Part shown: positions 35,231-46,484 of the stretch, in pieces | How positions within the stretch are numbered: the stretch's first letter is position 1 | Layout: the number at the start of each line of letters is the position of its first letter | Assembly: GCF_021028975.2 (NCBI RefSeq) | Contig: NC_059425.1 | Location: 27,714,001 to 27,778,000 of the forward strand | From: Sphaerodactylus townsendi | Lineage: Eukaryota | Length of the DNA stretch: 64,000 nt | Direction of reading: 5' to 3' | The notes under the pieces: generated by a model | The model's input: the letters and a program-made list of their open reading frames with translations, nothing else | Database searches by the model: none | Told to the model about the DNA's origin: nothing | Position numbers and translations under genes: made by a program

Positions 35231-36506
35231 GCACATCTGAGTCTGGTGTCACAGCTGCAACCATTCTGCCTCGAGTAACTCTGCTGGCACACACAAGCCC
35301 CACCATCACTTAAAGCTGTGTGTCCAAAAGGAGGCAAAGTAAAATACGTATATAAAAATGTAAAACCAGTGATTAAAACATAGGGCAGGAAGAGAGGCTG
35401 GATGGCCAATTGGCCATGCTGGCAGGGGCTGATGGGATTTGTAATCCATAAACCTCTGGAGATTCGCAGGTTGCAGACCCCTGCTTTGGAATATAGCCTG
35501 CCATCCTCATAGTCTTTTGCATCTCTACTACAAAGCATGCAAGTCCAACAGTTTCCAATAGGTGGCAGCACATGCAATGTATATGAGGTCACAAAATATA
35601 AAGAAATAAGTTAGTTCTGCCCCCTTGACAGTTTTGGAGCTATTTGAATACTTAAATTAAAATAATTAAAATCACGTTGCCAGGAAATGTTATGGAGGAG
35701 AGTCTCTATGCGATAAGGTAATCTGAAGCTAATCAGACTGTGAAGTTCAACACTCAGGAGTTATGGCCTGGAACAACTGGAAATCAAACTGTGCTCTCCC
35801 CAGGCAAATCCCATTGGCCTGGAGCAAAATGTTTTGCTCCTTAGCAGAGGCTTAATGTACAGAAATGTGCAGCTTTTCATGGCATCCAGATAAGTAGCAC
35901 CACCTGATACCTAACAACACATTAACCTTTTATTAAAGGGACAGGACATCTCTTTTAAACCCAGGTAGTTGGCAACCCTAATGACATACAGTTCCAGACA
36001 GCCACCTTTGGCCAGAAAACAGATTAAGACAACATTATTTTTGTGTGTGCGTTAATAGCTATTGCTTTTCCACAGTGGCCTGTACTTTTCCCATCTCCCT
36101 TTTTAAACACTGGTGTTAACATTTGCTTCTTTCCAATTAGTAAAAGAACAATCTAAAGTTAGAGACTGCCTATTTCACACCTGAGTTGTGCCAGGCCTTT
36201 TTTGGGAGGGAGGGGGGAGTGAGCAGTACAACATCCTGTTTTTGTAAAAGTAAAGGTCATCCAATGAATGTGGCTGGCAGTCAGCTGAAGACTGCAAAAG
36301 TAAGTGTTTTTCCATACAGTGAAGAAACATACTGTCACAAAATGTGTTCACTATTACAAGCACCCATACCTCTATCAAATTTCAGAGCTTTTTCAGTGCA
36401 GCCTGGTTTCCTGGTAATCTAGCAATATGTAAACAAGAATGGAGGGTCAAGGACAGCCATTTCACATATACCTGTCATCTCACCCTAAGAGTGGACAGTA
36501 CTAGAA

Positions 36507-36700
36507 ATAAGAAAGAGCCTGCTGGATCAGACCAGAGTCCATCTAGTCCAGCACTCTGCTACTCGCAGTGGCCCACCAGGTGCCTTTGGGCGCTCACAAG
36601 CAGGATGTGAAAGCAATGGCCTTCTGCTGCTGCTGCTCCCGAGCACCTGGTCTGCTAAGGTATTTGCAATCTCAGATCAAGGAGGATCAAGATTGGTAGC
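36507..36700 (-). mobile_element. CR1 3' UTR fragment
   Basis: Reverse complement of the 27392-27590 family. Confidence 0.9.
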
Positions 36701-37986
36701 CACCCAAACAACTGGCCCTCCACACCCCATATAGGTGCCCAAATCCCCTTCAGCCACTTTCTCCTCCTCTTGCTCCTCCATTTTCACAAAGGATTTTTGT
36801 TAAAAAATATATCTTTTTCATATTGAATTAGCAATGTAACATTAGGGCAGAGGATGATTCTGAAGTGGGGGAACAATTGCAAAAGAGTGATAAGGCAGTT
36901 GGAAAGAACACTAGGAGTAATTGCTGCATGTAACTGGGGACTGCTGCAGTAAAGATCAAATTTAACAGGAAAATGTGTGTGTGTGTGGGTGCTACATGTT
37001 TCTGTTCCTTTAGGTAATGGCACCTGCTCTAAGGAGATATTTTTGCCTCCATTTTGGGTTGGTACCACCTTGAACCTAAAAGGAGAGGGGGGGGCAAGAC
37101 AAAAAAATTAAATAAATAAATAGCAGAAATGGAGGCTGAGACATTTTTGAATTGCTGCTTGAAAACGTCACTGTGCAGTAATACTAGAGTGCTTGTGTGA
37201 AATTAAAAAAAAAGGTTGTTCTTCTGTGTCCCAGATGACGTCCCGCCATCATCAGGAATAATACGTTTTCAGCAGCAGTGTGGAATAAATGCAACTGAAT
37301 AGACAAAGTGGGGAGGGACCTAACACAATGGGGGGGGGGGGAAGGAGGTGTATAGAGCAATTTCACAGAAAATGTTTCTTCCTGGACCACTGGAAAAATC
37401 TGTGGTAAGCTGTGCATGCAGAAACGGCCAGTGTGTAATAACCGGGTGCTGATGCTGATTATCAGTGCCAGGAAGAAACATCTGGGAAGGCCTTGGCCTC
37501 TCTGCCCAGTTTGCTGGGCATCGAGGGTTTGGATGAAACAGGATGCTAGACCACCATTGTGATTCAGCAGGTTGCTTTGATGTTCTTAGCTGATTGAGTA
37601 GCACAAAGAAGAGATCTGGAAAGATGCCTCCAGTAACCATTGGGTGACGGTGGTGGGAAGTGCTGTCGAATCCCAGCTGACTCATGGCCACCCTGCAGGG
37701 TTTTCAAGGTGAGAGGTGAACAGAAGTGGCTTTGCAATTGCCTGCCTCTGTGTAACAACCTTGGACTTCCTGAGTGGTCTCTCATCCAAGTGGGCACCAG
37801 GACCAACCCTGCTAAACTTCTGAGATATGATAAGATCGAATTAGCCTGGGCTATCTAGGTCAGGGTGATAACCATCTGGGGGCACCCACTTGTAATGGGT
37901 CATCTTCCATACTGTTCTTAAGTATCCCACTTCGATTCTGCTGGTCCCGGTTCTAGGATCTCTCTCTCTCTCGCTTTCTTTTGCAG

Positions 37987-38022
37987 AAGAAAACACCATC
38001 TGTCAATATCATCGAAGTGTAG
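37987..38022 (+). CDS. FNDC4: FNDC4 last coding exon (stop)
   Basis: Polypyrimidine tract + cag; KKTPSVNIIEV* vs human KKSPSINTIDV*; NAGNAG acceptor (cag-aag). Confidence 0.92.
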   Translation, partial: KKTPSVNIIEV

Positions 38023-39280
38023 CTGTTATCACAGGTCAGGAGCCTTCTAGGACTCTCGGACCTCACTGTGCTCCACGCCTGGCTCCGCACCTGCATGCAA
38101 AGAATTCATGCTTCTTGCCCCCCATCGAGGAAATCTGCATGGAGCAGCTGGCGCAGGGTGCATGCAGAAGCCAGTCTCTAACCCTCCTGCCCAAAAGCCA
38201 CAAGAAACTCTGGCCTGCGGTTGGTGCGGCCACAAGGGGCAGCCGCGAGAATCCTGTGGAAAGAGTAGCATCCAGAACCGCGGACAGCTACTGCCTGAAC
38301 AGTGTTGGTGTGGCCTTATTTCTGCCTGGTGTGGGAAGCCAGAGCAGTGGACTGGAGTCTTTCCCACCCTCTACCCTGTGCCTGGATGAGTGCTGAAGGC
38401 ATTGCTTACTACTGGACCCGGACCTTTGAGTTGTGCAATTTGGTTGGCCCACCTAAAGGAAGAAGCTGTGCAGCTGGCTGGAAAGCAAATGACTTTTGAT
38501 GAGGCTCCTTTCAATGTAGCAACTTGATGGGGACTGTGGTGCATGTGTGCAGAGAGTGGAGTGCTTGGGATGGTTGTGGGGGGCGGGCAGTGCTCTACCA
38601 AGTCTGGCAGGCAGCTACTTCCACTGGGGAAGCAAAGGGACATAGGGCGAAGATCCAAACACACAACACTGCCATATTAGAGTCCAACCATTTGTCTGTC
38701 TAGGCCAGTATTGCCAGCTCTGACTGGCAGCAGCTCTCTTAGGTCTCAGGGCTGAGGACTTTCACATCTTCTGCAACCTGATCCTTTTAAGTGGAGAGGG
38801 TGAGGATTGAACCTGGCACCTTCTGCATGCAAAGTGGGTCCTCTCCAATTGAGCCATGGTCCCACCCTACCTATCTGGACTAGTTAACATTCTAGAAGTG
38901 CCCTGAAAAAGCATTAACTCCAAGGAGGAGCTAGATACTGAAACTCCTGAATGAATGTTTCTACGTGTTTCCAGGTCCAATGGAATAGGAAGGCAGGATC
39001 AGTTTGTCCTGGTGGACAAGCAGCAGATATGCTGTGGAAAGAGCTCTTTCCCTTTCCCCACCTCCAGCAACAAGAGCTCACCGGGACTGTAGGAATCTGG
39101 CACCTCCCTGATGCAAAAAAACCAAACAAAAACCCAGTTCCCACAGATCTATCTTTTGTACCAAAGGCTCTGGTTGGTGGCATCTCTGCAAAAAGACAAG
39201 GGCTTGGTCATGTATCCTCTGCCTCAAGTACACAGCCATTCCTCCTCCTAATCCTGGGCCAGAATTCAGTATGTCTATTC

Positions 39281-39428
39281 CAGGGGTAGGGAACCTGCGG
39301 CTCTCCAGATGTTCAGGAACTACAATTCCCATCAGCCCCTACCAGCATGGCCAATTGGCCATGCTGACAGAGGCTGATGGGAATTGTAGTTCCTGAACAT
39401 CTGGAGAGCCGCAGGTTCCCTACCCCTG
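39281..39428. mobile_element. Palindromic hAT MITE in probable FNDC4 3' UTR
   Basis: Near-perfect 148-bp palindrome; perfect 8-bp TSD gtctattc. Confidence 0.92.
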
Positions 39429-39874
39429 GTCTATTCTATCCTCCCCCACCAGCCAGAGGAGCAGCAACATCTGGAGTCTCCTTTCGTAGAGTCCAACTGC
39501 CCAATTTCCACTCCCAAGTGTTCCCCAAATGGCATTCCTAGCCTGGTTCGGTGCCACAGGAGAAACTGGAAGCTGCCCATGTTCTCCACCGCCCCACACA
39601 CACTGCCAGTTGAAGCCAGAAGGCTGCTGGGCCACCCCAAGGCACGCGCACCAGCATCCACTGACCGTCTTCCAGTAATCCAGCTCTTCCAGCCCAAGGC
39701 CACAGCTCAGAGTGTTGCACAGGGGGTGTGAGAGAGGTCAGCAGCATCTGAGCACTGTGGGAGGAGCATGCAGGTGAGTCAGGAAGGGAGAAAGAGAGCT
39801 TGCAGCTAGGCTGTCCCTTGGCTTCCATAGGGCATTGGGAGGGGACGATGTTGCTGCTCAGTGAGGTCCTTTTC

Positions 39875-39880
39875 AATAAA
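39875..39880 (+). terminator. Candidate FNDC4 polyadenylation signal
   Basis: First AATAAA I found downstream of the stop; an alternative lies at 40972-40977. Confidence 0.5.
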
Positions 39881-40296
39881 AGACTCTTCCGACAAAGGCA
39901 GCGCCACAGCCTGTGCTCTCCTATCCCCCACCCAGAGGGGCCTGAGCAGGCAGCAACAGGGTTGCCTCACAGGTGTGTCTTACACAACTGACCACTGGCA
40001 TTGGTTTGGTGGGATGCATTTCTTCTGAACAACTAAATGGCTAGTCCTTGTGGCTGATGTTTTGAACACACAGCCAAGAGCCTTTTTGAAGAAACAACTG
40101 GAAGCCACACATGTGCCTCCTCCCCACACCATGGTGTCTGCCTCAGGGCCCTTGAATAGATTTCCACCAAGAGGCCAGGCTGTATTTTTCCTCCTAACAT
40201 TGCCACAAAGTAGGATTCTACCAGCAAAATACCCAAAAATTCTGCTATTAACATCCCTGCAAAACGTATGAACAGATAATCTATGTCCATTCAAAT

Positions 40297-40442
40297 CAGG
40301 GGTGTCCAACTCTGGTGCTTCAGAAGTTCATGGACTACCATTCCCATCAGCCCCTGCTGGCATGGCCAATTGGTCATGTCATCAGGGGCTGATGGGAATG
40401 GTAGTCCATGAACTTCTGAAGCACCAGAGTTGGACACCCCTG
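40297..40442. mobile_element. Palindromic hAT MITE
   Basis: caggggtgtccaac..gttggacacccctg; flanks attcaaat / atttgaat. Confidence 0.9.
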
Positions 40443-41630
40443 ATTTGAATCATCTGACAACAGACGTAGGGATCCTCAGCCCTGTGCAAAAGGCCTTGAG
40501 CAGAGACCACAGCCCTCCACTCCTGGAAGATGACCATCAGAAGTGAACGCAGGTTGCTTCATGCCCAGGCCGTTTTGTGCACTCCGGTGATCTAGGGCAG
40601 GTGAAGTCCTTGAGGTCTTTTATCAAGTCAACCATTAGGCTATCTAGCTCACTGCTTATTCTGACTGGTGTCTGTTCTTCAGGGTCTCACACAGAGAAAA
40701 GGTCCTTCCTTACCCTGACTGCCTTCTGCTTGCCAGCTCTGGGCGCCATTGTTGGACCATGGCCTTCTCCTCAAAGCCGCTTACAGAGGAAGTTACCGTA
40801 TTCCTGGCTGCCATTGCCGCTCATCTACCGAGCTCCACAATGCTCTCGAATCCTGTGATTGTGAGGAAAATCACTCCTTGAAAAGCCACAGTGCCAGCAC
40901 TCAGGAATCCTGGGCACTGTGGCTAGCTCAGGAGGACCTCTTCCCAAGTAACTAATACCCAATATGAAAGAAATAAACAGGGGATGGGGAACTGCCTTTC
41001 TTGGTCCCCTGATTCCAAGTGTGCCACTCCCAAATGGCCAAATCTGTTTGGTTAGCCTCCCTGCTTCTTCCTTGGACCAGCCTACTCTTGCTGGGACCAC
41101 TCAGTAGCACTCCCTCCTCTCTCAAGGCTCCATGATATACCAAGCTGCCCCAGGCCAGTAACTTCTTGAGAACCTCTTTGCTGGGAGTGGAGGACCTCAC
41201 ACTACCACCACTATTCCATCAGAAGAGGAAGAGTTTGGATTTATACCCCGCCTTTCTCTCCTGTAAGGAGACCCAACATGGCTTCCAAACTCCTTCCCCT
41301 CTCCACAATAGACACCTTGTGAGGCAGGTGGGGCTGAGAGAGTTCAGAGAGAACTGTGACTGGCCCAAGGTCATCCAGCAGGCTTCATGTGGGGGAGCAG
41401 GGAAACAAATCCAGTTCACCAGATAAAAAGCCCACTGCTCTTAACCACGACACCATGCTGTCTCTCAAAAGGGTGGGAGAAGAGAGATGAGGGAAGAAGA
41501 GAGAACCTACATGAGCCAGTCCAGTGGAAACTGAGTCCTATGAGCTGGGGAGACCGATGCTTGTCCTCACTCACCAATCTGGACTGAGGGTGCTGCAAGA
41601 AATGGCGCCAAAATACAACAGTACAAATTG

Positions 41631-41636
41631 TTTATT
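41631..41636 (-). terminator. Candidate polyadenylation signal of the LDLRAP1-like gene
   Basis: AATAAA on minus strand followed by a GT/T-rich tract (ttgtactgttgtattttgg). Confidence 0.55.
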
Positions 41637-42117
41637 TCCCTTTAGAAAAGGACATGAAAAACTAACATCTTTTTGCTACAAAGCTGATTTGGCAGTGATG
41701 AGAGACGGGGACAGAGGCGGGGCGGGGCTGCCACCTTCCCACTGGACCACAAGGAAAGCTGGCAGAGAGGCTAGAGTTCCCCTGTACCCCCACAACACAC
41801 AGCTTCCTCCAAGAAGCAGGGGAAAAGGGGATTGAAACTGATCTCCCTGTATAGTAGCATGCCTGACCAGAGGCGGGATGCACCCCTTGGCCTGCAGGGG
41901 TGGGGTCTTCAAACAAGGCCCAGCCCCATTACCCAATATACCCACAGGAGGTCCTGGAGCACCCCCAGCTACAGGCAGAGCCTGGCGCAGTCTACCCTCA
42001 GGTGACTCAGGCCAAGCCGCAGAAGAACTGCTGGTGACCCAGAGGCTAACTGAGGCTCGGAGTGAAGTAAGGTGATGCCAGCCAATCAGGGAGCTGCGCC
42101 TGGAGAGCTGAAGGAGA

Positions 42118-42298
42118 TCAGCTGGTCCTTTGTGTGCTACAGAAGAGTGGTGCTGGAGATGGCGAAGATGGCGGTGTCAGAGTCCAAGTTAGAAAAGCAT
42201 CCCTGGGGGCAGGTGGCTGTTGGGGTGGCCACTTCCCATCGTCGCCTCCGACTGGAACTGTGTGACTGGGGAGCTCCCGAAAGCAACGCAGCCCACAT
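42118..42298 (-). CDS. LDLRAP1-like adaptor, putative terminal coding exon 8
   Basis: Acceptor ctgtgtttcag; a phase-2 join gives GCGLRCFRELPSHTV..STQRTS*; no recognisable ARH homology, supported only by splice signal, phase and downstream polyA signal. Confidence 0.45.
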
Positions 42299-42781
42299 CT
42301 GAAACACAGGCGGGCAGAAGCAGAGGGACTGAGAAGAGTGACACGGGGTGGGGAGGAGCACACCAAGGGGTGGGAAAAATGGGGAAATCAAGAACCCCAA
42401 AAGCTCGGTTACCTGTCGCAGAGCAGCCACCTTCTTCTGTGAAACTTGGGGCAGAGAAAAAGAGACGTGTCAGAGCAAGAGAAGCAGAGCCTTCCCCCCC
42501 CCCCACACACACACACAAACGCCAAGGAGCTGGGTGACCTCTCATTCCCACCACAATCCTGCAGCCATGACTGAACTCCCTCCTTGCCATCCGCTCTTTT
42601 ATTTATTTAGATATTTATATCCTGCTTTTCTTCCCAGTGGGGGCTCAAAGCAGTGTACATCATCCTCTCCTCCTCTTTTCCATCCGTTCCACAATCACCG
42701 TCTGAGGTAGGCTAGGCCAAGAGAAAGTGAATGGCCAGCCAAGCAAGCAGCCATGGCAGAGCACTGTGGCCTCTCACCTAC

Positions 42782-42840
42782 CCAGAAAAGGAGTCGGGGA
42801 GATCGCTTTCCTCCTCTTCTTCTTCCTCCTCATCCTCCTC
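42782..42840 (-). CDS. LDLRAP1-like exon 7 (acidic)
   Basis: tag|..|gtaggt; EEDEEEEEEEESDLPDSFS(G), phase 0 to 2, like the ARH exon ELDDGLDEAFS(R). Confidence 0.7.
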
Positions 42841-42966
42841 CTAGCACCAGAGAAGAAGAACATGTGGTTGCAGCCCCCGGCCTCCTCTGAAGGCCTCCAG
42901 AATTCACTGCCTCCAAGGCCTGGGAGAGGGAAGGCCTCACAGCCCCAGTCCCCTCAGCCCTACTTC

Positions 42967-43067
42967 CAGTGATGTGATTCCAATAATTTAACAACCGGTT
43001 GTTTACAAGCACCATTTTAACAACCGGTTCTGCCGAAGTGGTGCGAACCTACTGAATCCCACCACTG
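42967..43067. mobile_element. Short hAT MITE
   Basis: cagtgatgtgattc..gaatcccaccactg; perfect TSD cctacttc. Confidence 0.85.
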
Positions 43068-43177
43068 CCTACTTCCCAGGGGGCAGCAACACGCCAGGAG
43101 GGAGGAGTGCACACTCGCCAGCACACAGCAGCTTAGTTAGGGACCAAAGGGGAAGGGGCCTTTGCCCAACACCATAC

Positions 43178-43281
43178 CTCAAAGTTTGTCTTAAAGGGGG
43201 GACTGCCCATGGGTGACCTGACTGGCTGGCAGGTACTTTCCACAGGGCACAGCATGCTCAGCGAGTGCTCTTGCCGGGAGC
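43178..43281 (-). CDS. LDLRAP1-like exon 6
   Basis: tttcag|..|gtatgg; GSRQEHSLSMLCPVESTCQPVRSPMGSPPFKTNFE; phase 1 to 0 bridges exons 5 and 7 in frame. Confidence 0.65.
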
Positions 43282-43672
43282 CTGAAACAAGATCAGGGAA
43301 AGACCAAAGGGACATCTCAGCGCTCATGTGATTGTTACAAGCTCAACTGGGGAGGGGGCTGGTCTGCTTCCCTCCCTCACCTCCTCGACAACTTCTGCCG
43401 AATCAAGAAAGAAATGCCTCTGAGCATGTCAGGAGTGCCCTCCCCTCCTCCATGTCCACCCATTTTGTGATCAGGGGGTAAAAAATTAAGCCCCTGCTTC
43501 TGTGCCTCACTTGGCCTACCTGGAAAAGGACAAACCAGGGACAGTGAGGCAGGGCAGGAGGACAGGCCCTGCAGGAAGGTTAGTGGAGTCGCTGATGCTG
43601 CACCAGGGCTCGGCCTCACCAGGGGAGAGAATGCGTGTCCCCACCCACCCAAAAAGGCAGACATGTTCCTAC

Positions 43673-43745
43673 CTGCCTGGGCAGCCTCCCAAAGATCCAG
43701 AGCTACCTGGAAGGCCTGCGCCACAGTCAGCGTCACAGCTTGGGC
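43673..43745 (-). CDS. LDLRAP1-like exon 5 (PTB C-terminal helix)
   Basis: AQAVTLTVAQAFQVALDLWEAAQA vs ARH AQAVTLTVAQAFKVAFEFWQ; 73 nt. Confidence 0.93.
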
Positions 43746-43990
43746 CTGGATGTGGGGAAAGAAAACCCATGTGCCTGAGAAGGCAGCCAACCTGGACATA
43801 TCCCTGAGACAGAATGTGGGGAGGGGGGAAAGGCAGGCAACAGACAAGGCAGAAGGCCAAGACACGGAAGCCACCCCAGGAACCAGCCAGCCTGCACTGT
43901 CTCGTCTAGGCAGCACGTGGAACCACCCCCTCTTCCTTCCCCAAGCCCCTGCAGTCCCCACAGGGGAAAGCAGTCCACAGAGGAGCTTAC

Positions 43991-44105
43991 GATCTTCTTC
44001 TTGGGTGACAGAAAAGCATGGCACTCAAGCGCACCGCTCTGCGGGTTCTGGGCCACGTAGGCAAAGACTTTGTTCTGCAGCTTGTCCGTGGTGCAATAGG
44101 AAATC
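43991..44105 (-). CDS. LDLRAP1-like exon 4 (PTB)
   Basis: ISYCTTDKLQNKVFAYVAQNPQSGALECHAFLSPKKKI vs ARH ISYCTADKMHDKVFAYIAQSQHNQSLECHAFLCTKRKM; 115 nt. Confidence 0.95.
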
Positions 44106-45080
44106 CTAGGGGGAGAGGGCAGGAAAGGTGTTCAGTGCTTCCTCTGGGCATGTTACTACAAGCAGGGGAAATGAGCAGTCCTCACCAAAAACCAGAGGAG
44201 CCTGTGAGCCGCAGGGACAGAATTTGAGAGGGGGGAGGGGTTGGGGGTGTAGCATATGAAAGAGTCCACACGCAAAAACAACAGGCTGCAAACCATCCAC
44301 AGCCAAGAGAATAGAAGCGAGCCAGAATGTATATCTCCTCTCTTCCCAACAGGTCTGGGAGCACTACAGGTGGACCAGAGGTCAGCCATGCTGCATGCAG
44401 ACAGAAAACACTTCCTTCCAAATAAAGGAGCGGTCAGATTAAACGCAAACCCAGTAGCACTTGAAAGACCAATCACGTTTACTCCAGCAGAAGCTTCGGC
44501 AGGTCAGAGCTCACTTCGCCAGATGCATCTCAGACTCACAAAAGCTGAGCAGAGGGATTGTGGGTCAGCGATAAAGCATCAGCTTAGCACACAGAAGATC
44601 CAAAATTCAATCCCTGGATCCCTCCAGTTAAAAGTATCAGGTCGTGTGAAAGGGCTGGAGAGCTGCTGCCAGTCAGAGCGGGCAATACGGACGTTGATGG
44701 ATCAAAGGTCTGATTCCATACAAGGCAGCTTCACGAGTTCAGGCCTCTGCTGGAATAAACTCTCTCTTGAAGGGGCCACAGGACTCCTGTTTAACGTTGT
44801 TAACAATAGACTAACATAACTGCCTGTCTTGAATTACTATCAGGTAGGAAGCACACACAAGGATGCCAGTCAGAGCCCCCAGATGGCTCCCTCATCTTTC
44901 TCCTCCTCAAGGAAACTCACAGCCAGGTCTGTGTGTTCTGGGCACTTCCCTTCACACCAGGCTTTAGGTTTCTACACATCAAAGTCTAAGGTTCTTTTGC
45001 ATGATTTTGAACCTGCTCAAGATCATGATGCTACAGCTGCCAGTGGTAGGTGAACCTACCTACAAGGAGAACCTGGGTGA

Positions 45081-45306
45081 NNNNNNNNNNNNNNNNNNNN
45101 NNNNNNNNNNNNNNNNNNNNNNNNNNNNNNNNNNNNNNNNNNNNNNNNNNNNNNNNNNNNNNNNNNNNNNNNNNNNNNNNNNNNNNNNNNNNNNNNNNNN
45201 NNNNNNNNNNNNNNNNNNNNNNNNNNNNNNNNNNNNNNNNNNNNNNNNNNNNNNNNNNNNNNNNNNNNNNNNNNNNNNNNNNNNNNNNNNNNNNNNNNNN
45301 NNNNNN
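45081..45306. other. Assembly gap (N run)
   Basis: 226 N. Confidence 1.
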
Positions 45307-45570
45307 TCGTCAAATCCATCCGTCCGTCCAATCCATATCCGTCCATCCAAGTCCAAAGTCCAATCCAAATCCCGTCCCGTCCGTCCAATCCAATCCGTCC
45401 ATCCAAATCCAAATCCGTCCCCGTCGTCCATCCATCCGTCAAGATCCATCCAATCCCATCCGTCCAATCCAATCCAATCCAATCCATCCGTCCGTCCGTC
45501 CATCCAAAGTCCATCCATCACCGTCATCCGTCCGATGATCCATCCAATCCATCCGTCATCCCATTCATTC
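45307..45570. repeat. Degenerate (ATCC/GTCC/AATCC)n microsatellite
   Basis: Low-complexity repeat abutting the gap. Confidence 0.9.
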
Positions 45571-45936
45571 CCCACCGTCCCAGACATTTGATCCCCGATC
45601 GAGGACTCTGGGCGGGTTACAACAAGCTTAGAACATTAAAATATGGCACTCAGCTCAAACTGGCTGAACACACCATTAACAACCAGCGGCCCATGCTGGA
45701 AAATGATGGTCTTCTCACAGTCAATGGGAGGCAAACCTTTTCTTGCCCAAAGACAGTCTCCAAACAGGGCCTGGAACAAACCAAAATCTGTCCTCATATC
45801 CACTCATTCACTTGTTCATTTGCCAATGTTATACAGGCTGTCCAATGTCAGCAGTGCCCTTCCACTCGAACACTGCCTGCCCACCCCACCTGCAACACTT
45901 TTCCCACAGCGCATGCCCTCTTCTCTGGTGCCTCAC

Positions 45937-46049
45937 CTGTAGATGGAGACATTTTCAATGGTCTCCTTTGTCTCGGCATCCTGTAGAGAAAGGCCCCGGG
46001 GCGACACAGTCAGAATCACCTTCTGGAACTTCTTCGGTCCCACCCGAGC
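45937..46049 (-). CDS. LDLRAP1-like exon 3 (PTB)
   Basis: ARVGPKKFQKVILTVSPRGLSLQDAETKETIENVSIY(R) vs ARH AKASGKKLQKVTLKVSPRGIILTDNLTNQLIENVSIYR; 113 nt. Confidence 0.95.
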
Positions 46050-46484
46050 CTAAAGACAGGGAGAAGCAGCAGGGGAAGAGAGATGGGGGCCATGTGCTCA
46101 CCAGCATTTCCCCTCACCAGTGATTCTAGCAACCAGCTGAAGTACATAATTTTCATGGCAGAGGAAGGTAGGGTGGGTGTGAGGACTGCTTCCTTCTCTC
46201 AGCAGGCAGCCACCTGACACCAGGCACTTTCTGGAGGTGACATCAGGCATCCAAACTTCCCAACAGTGTCCTGAAAAAGCTATCATCAACCTCCCCACTC
46301 CAGTCACACTGACTCTCCGCGCTTGTTCTCCCTACAAACCAGTGCTCAGAATGTCACAGAAGACTTGCCAAATGCTAACAGAGGAGGGGCGGGCAGAGAG
46401 GCAAAGGGGAAGGCTTTCCTTGGCCTGCTTTAGTCCAAGTTGTGCTTCATTTGCCTGGCTCTCTTCTAGGCAGCCACAACCTAC

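Noticed and set aside
36251-36305. Possible extra FNDC4 cassette exon ending at a strong gtaagt donor
   Set aside because: The nearby AG acceptors give immediate in-frame stops; no frame-preserving exon could be built.
43377-44819. 215-aa and 187-aa ORFs as single-exon genes
   Set aside because: The first only passes through LDLRAP1-like exon 5 plus intron; the second is intronic/SINE sequence with no recognisable protein features.
45001-45591. Repetitive DG/W-rich or SP/I-rich ORFs
   Set aside because: Translations of a microsatellite plus an N gap.
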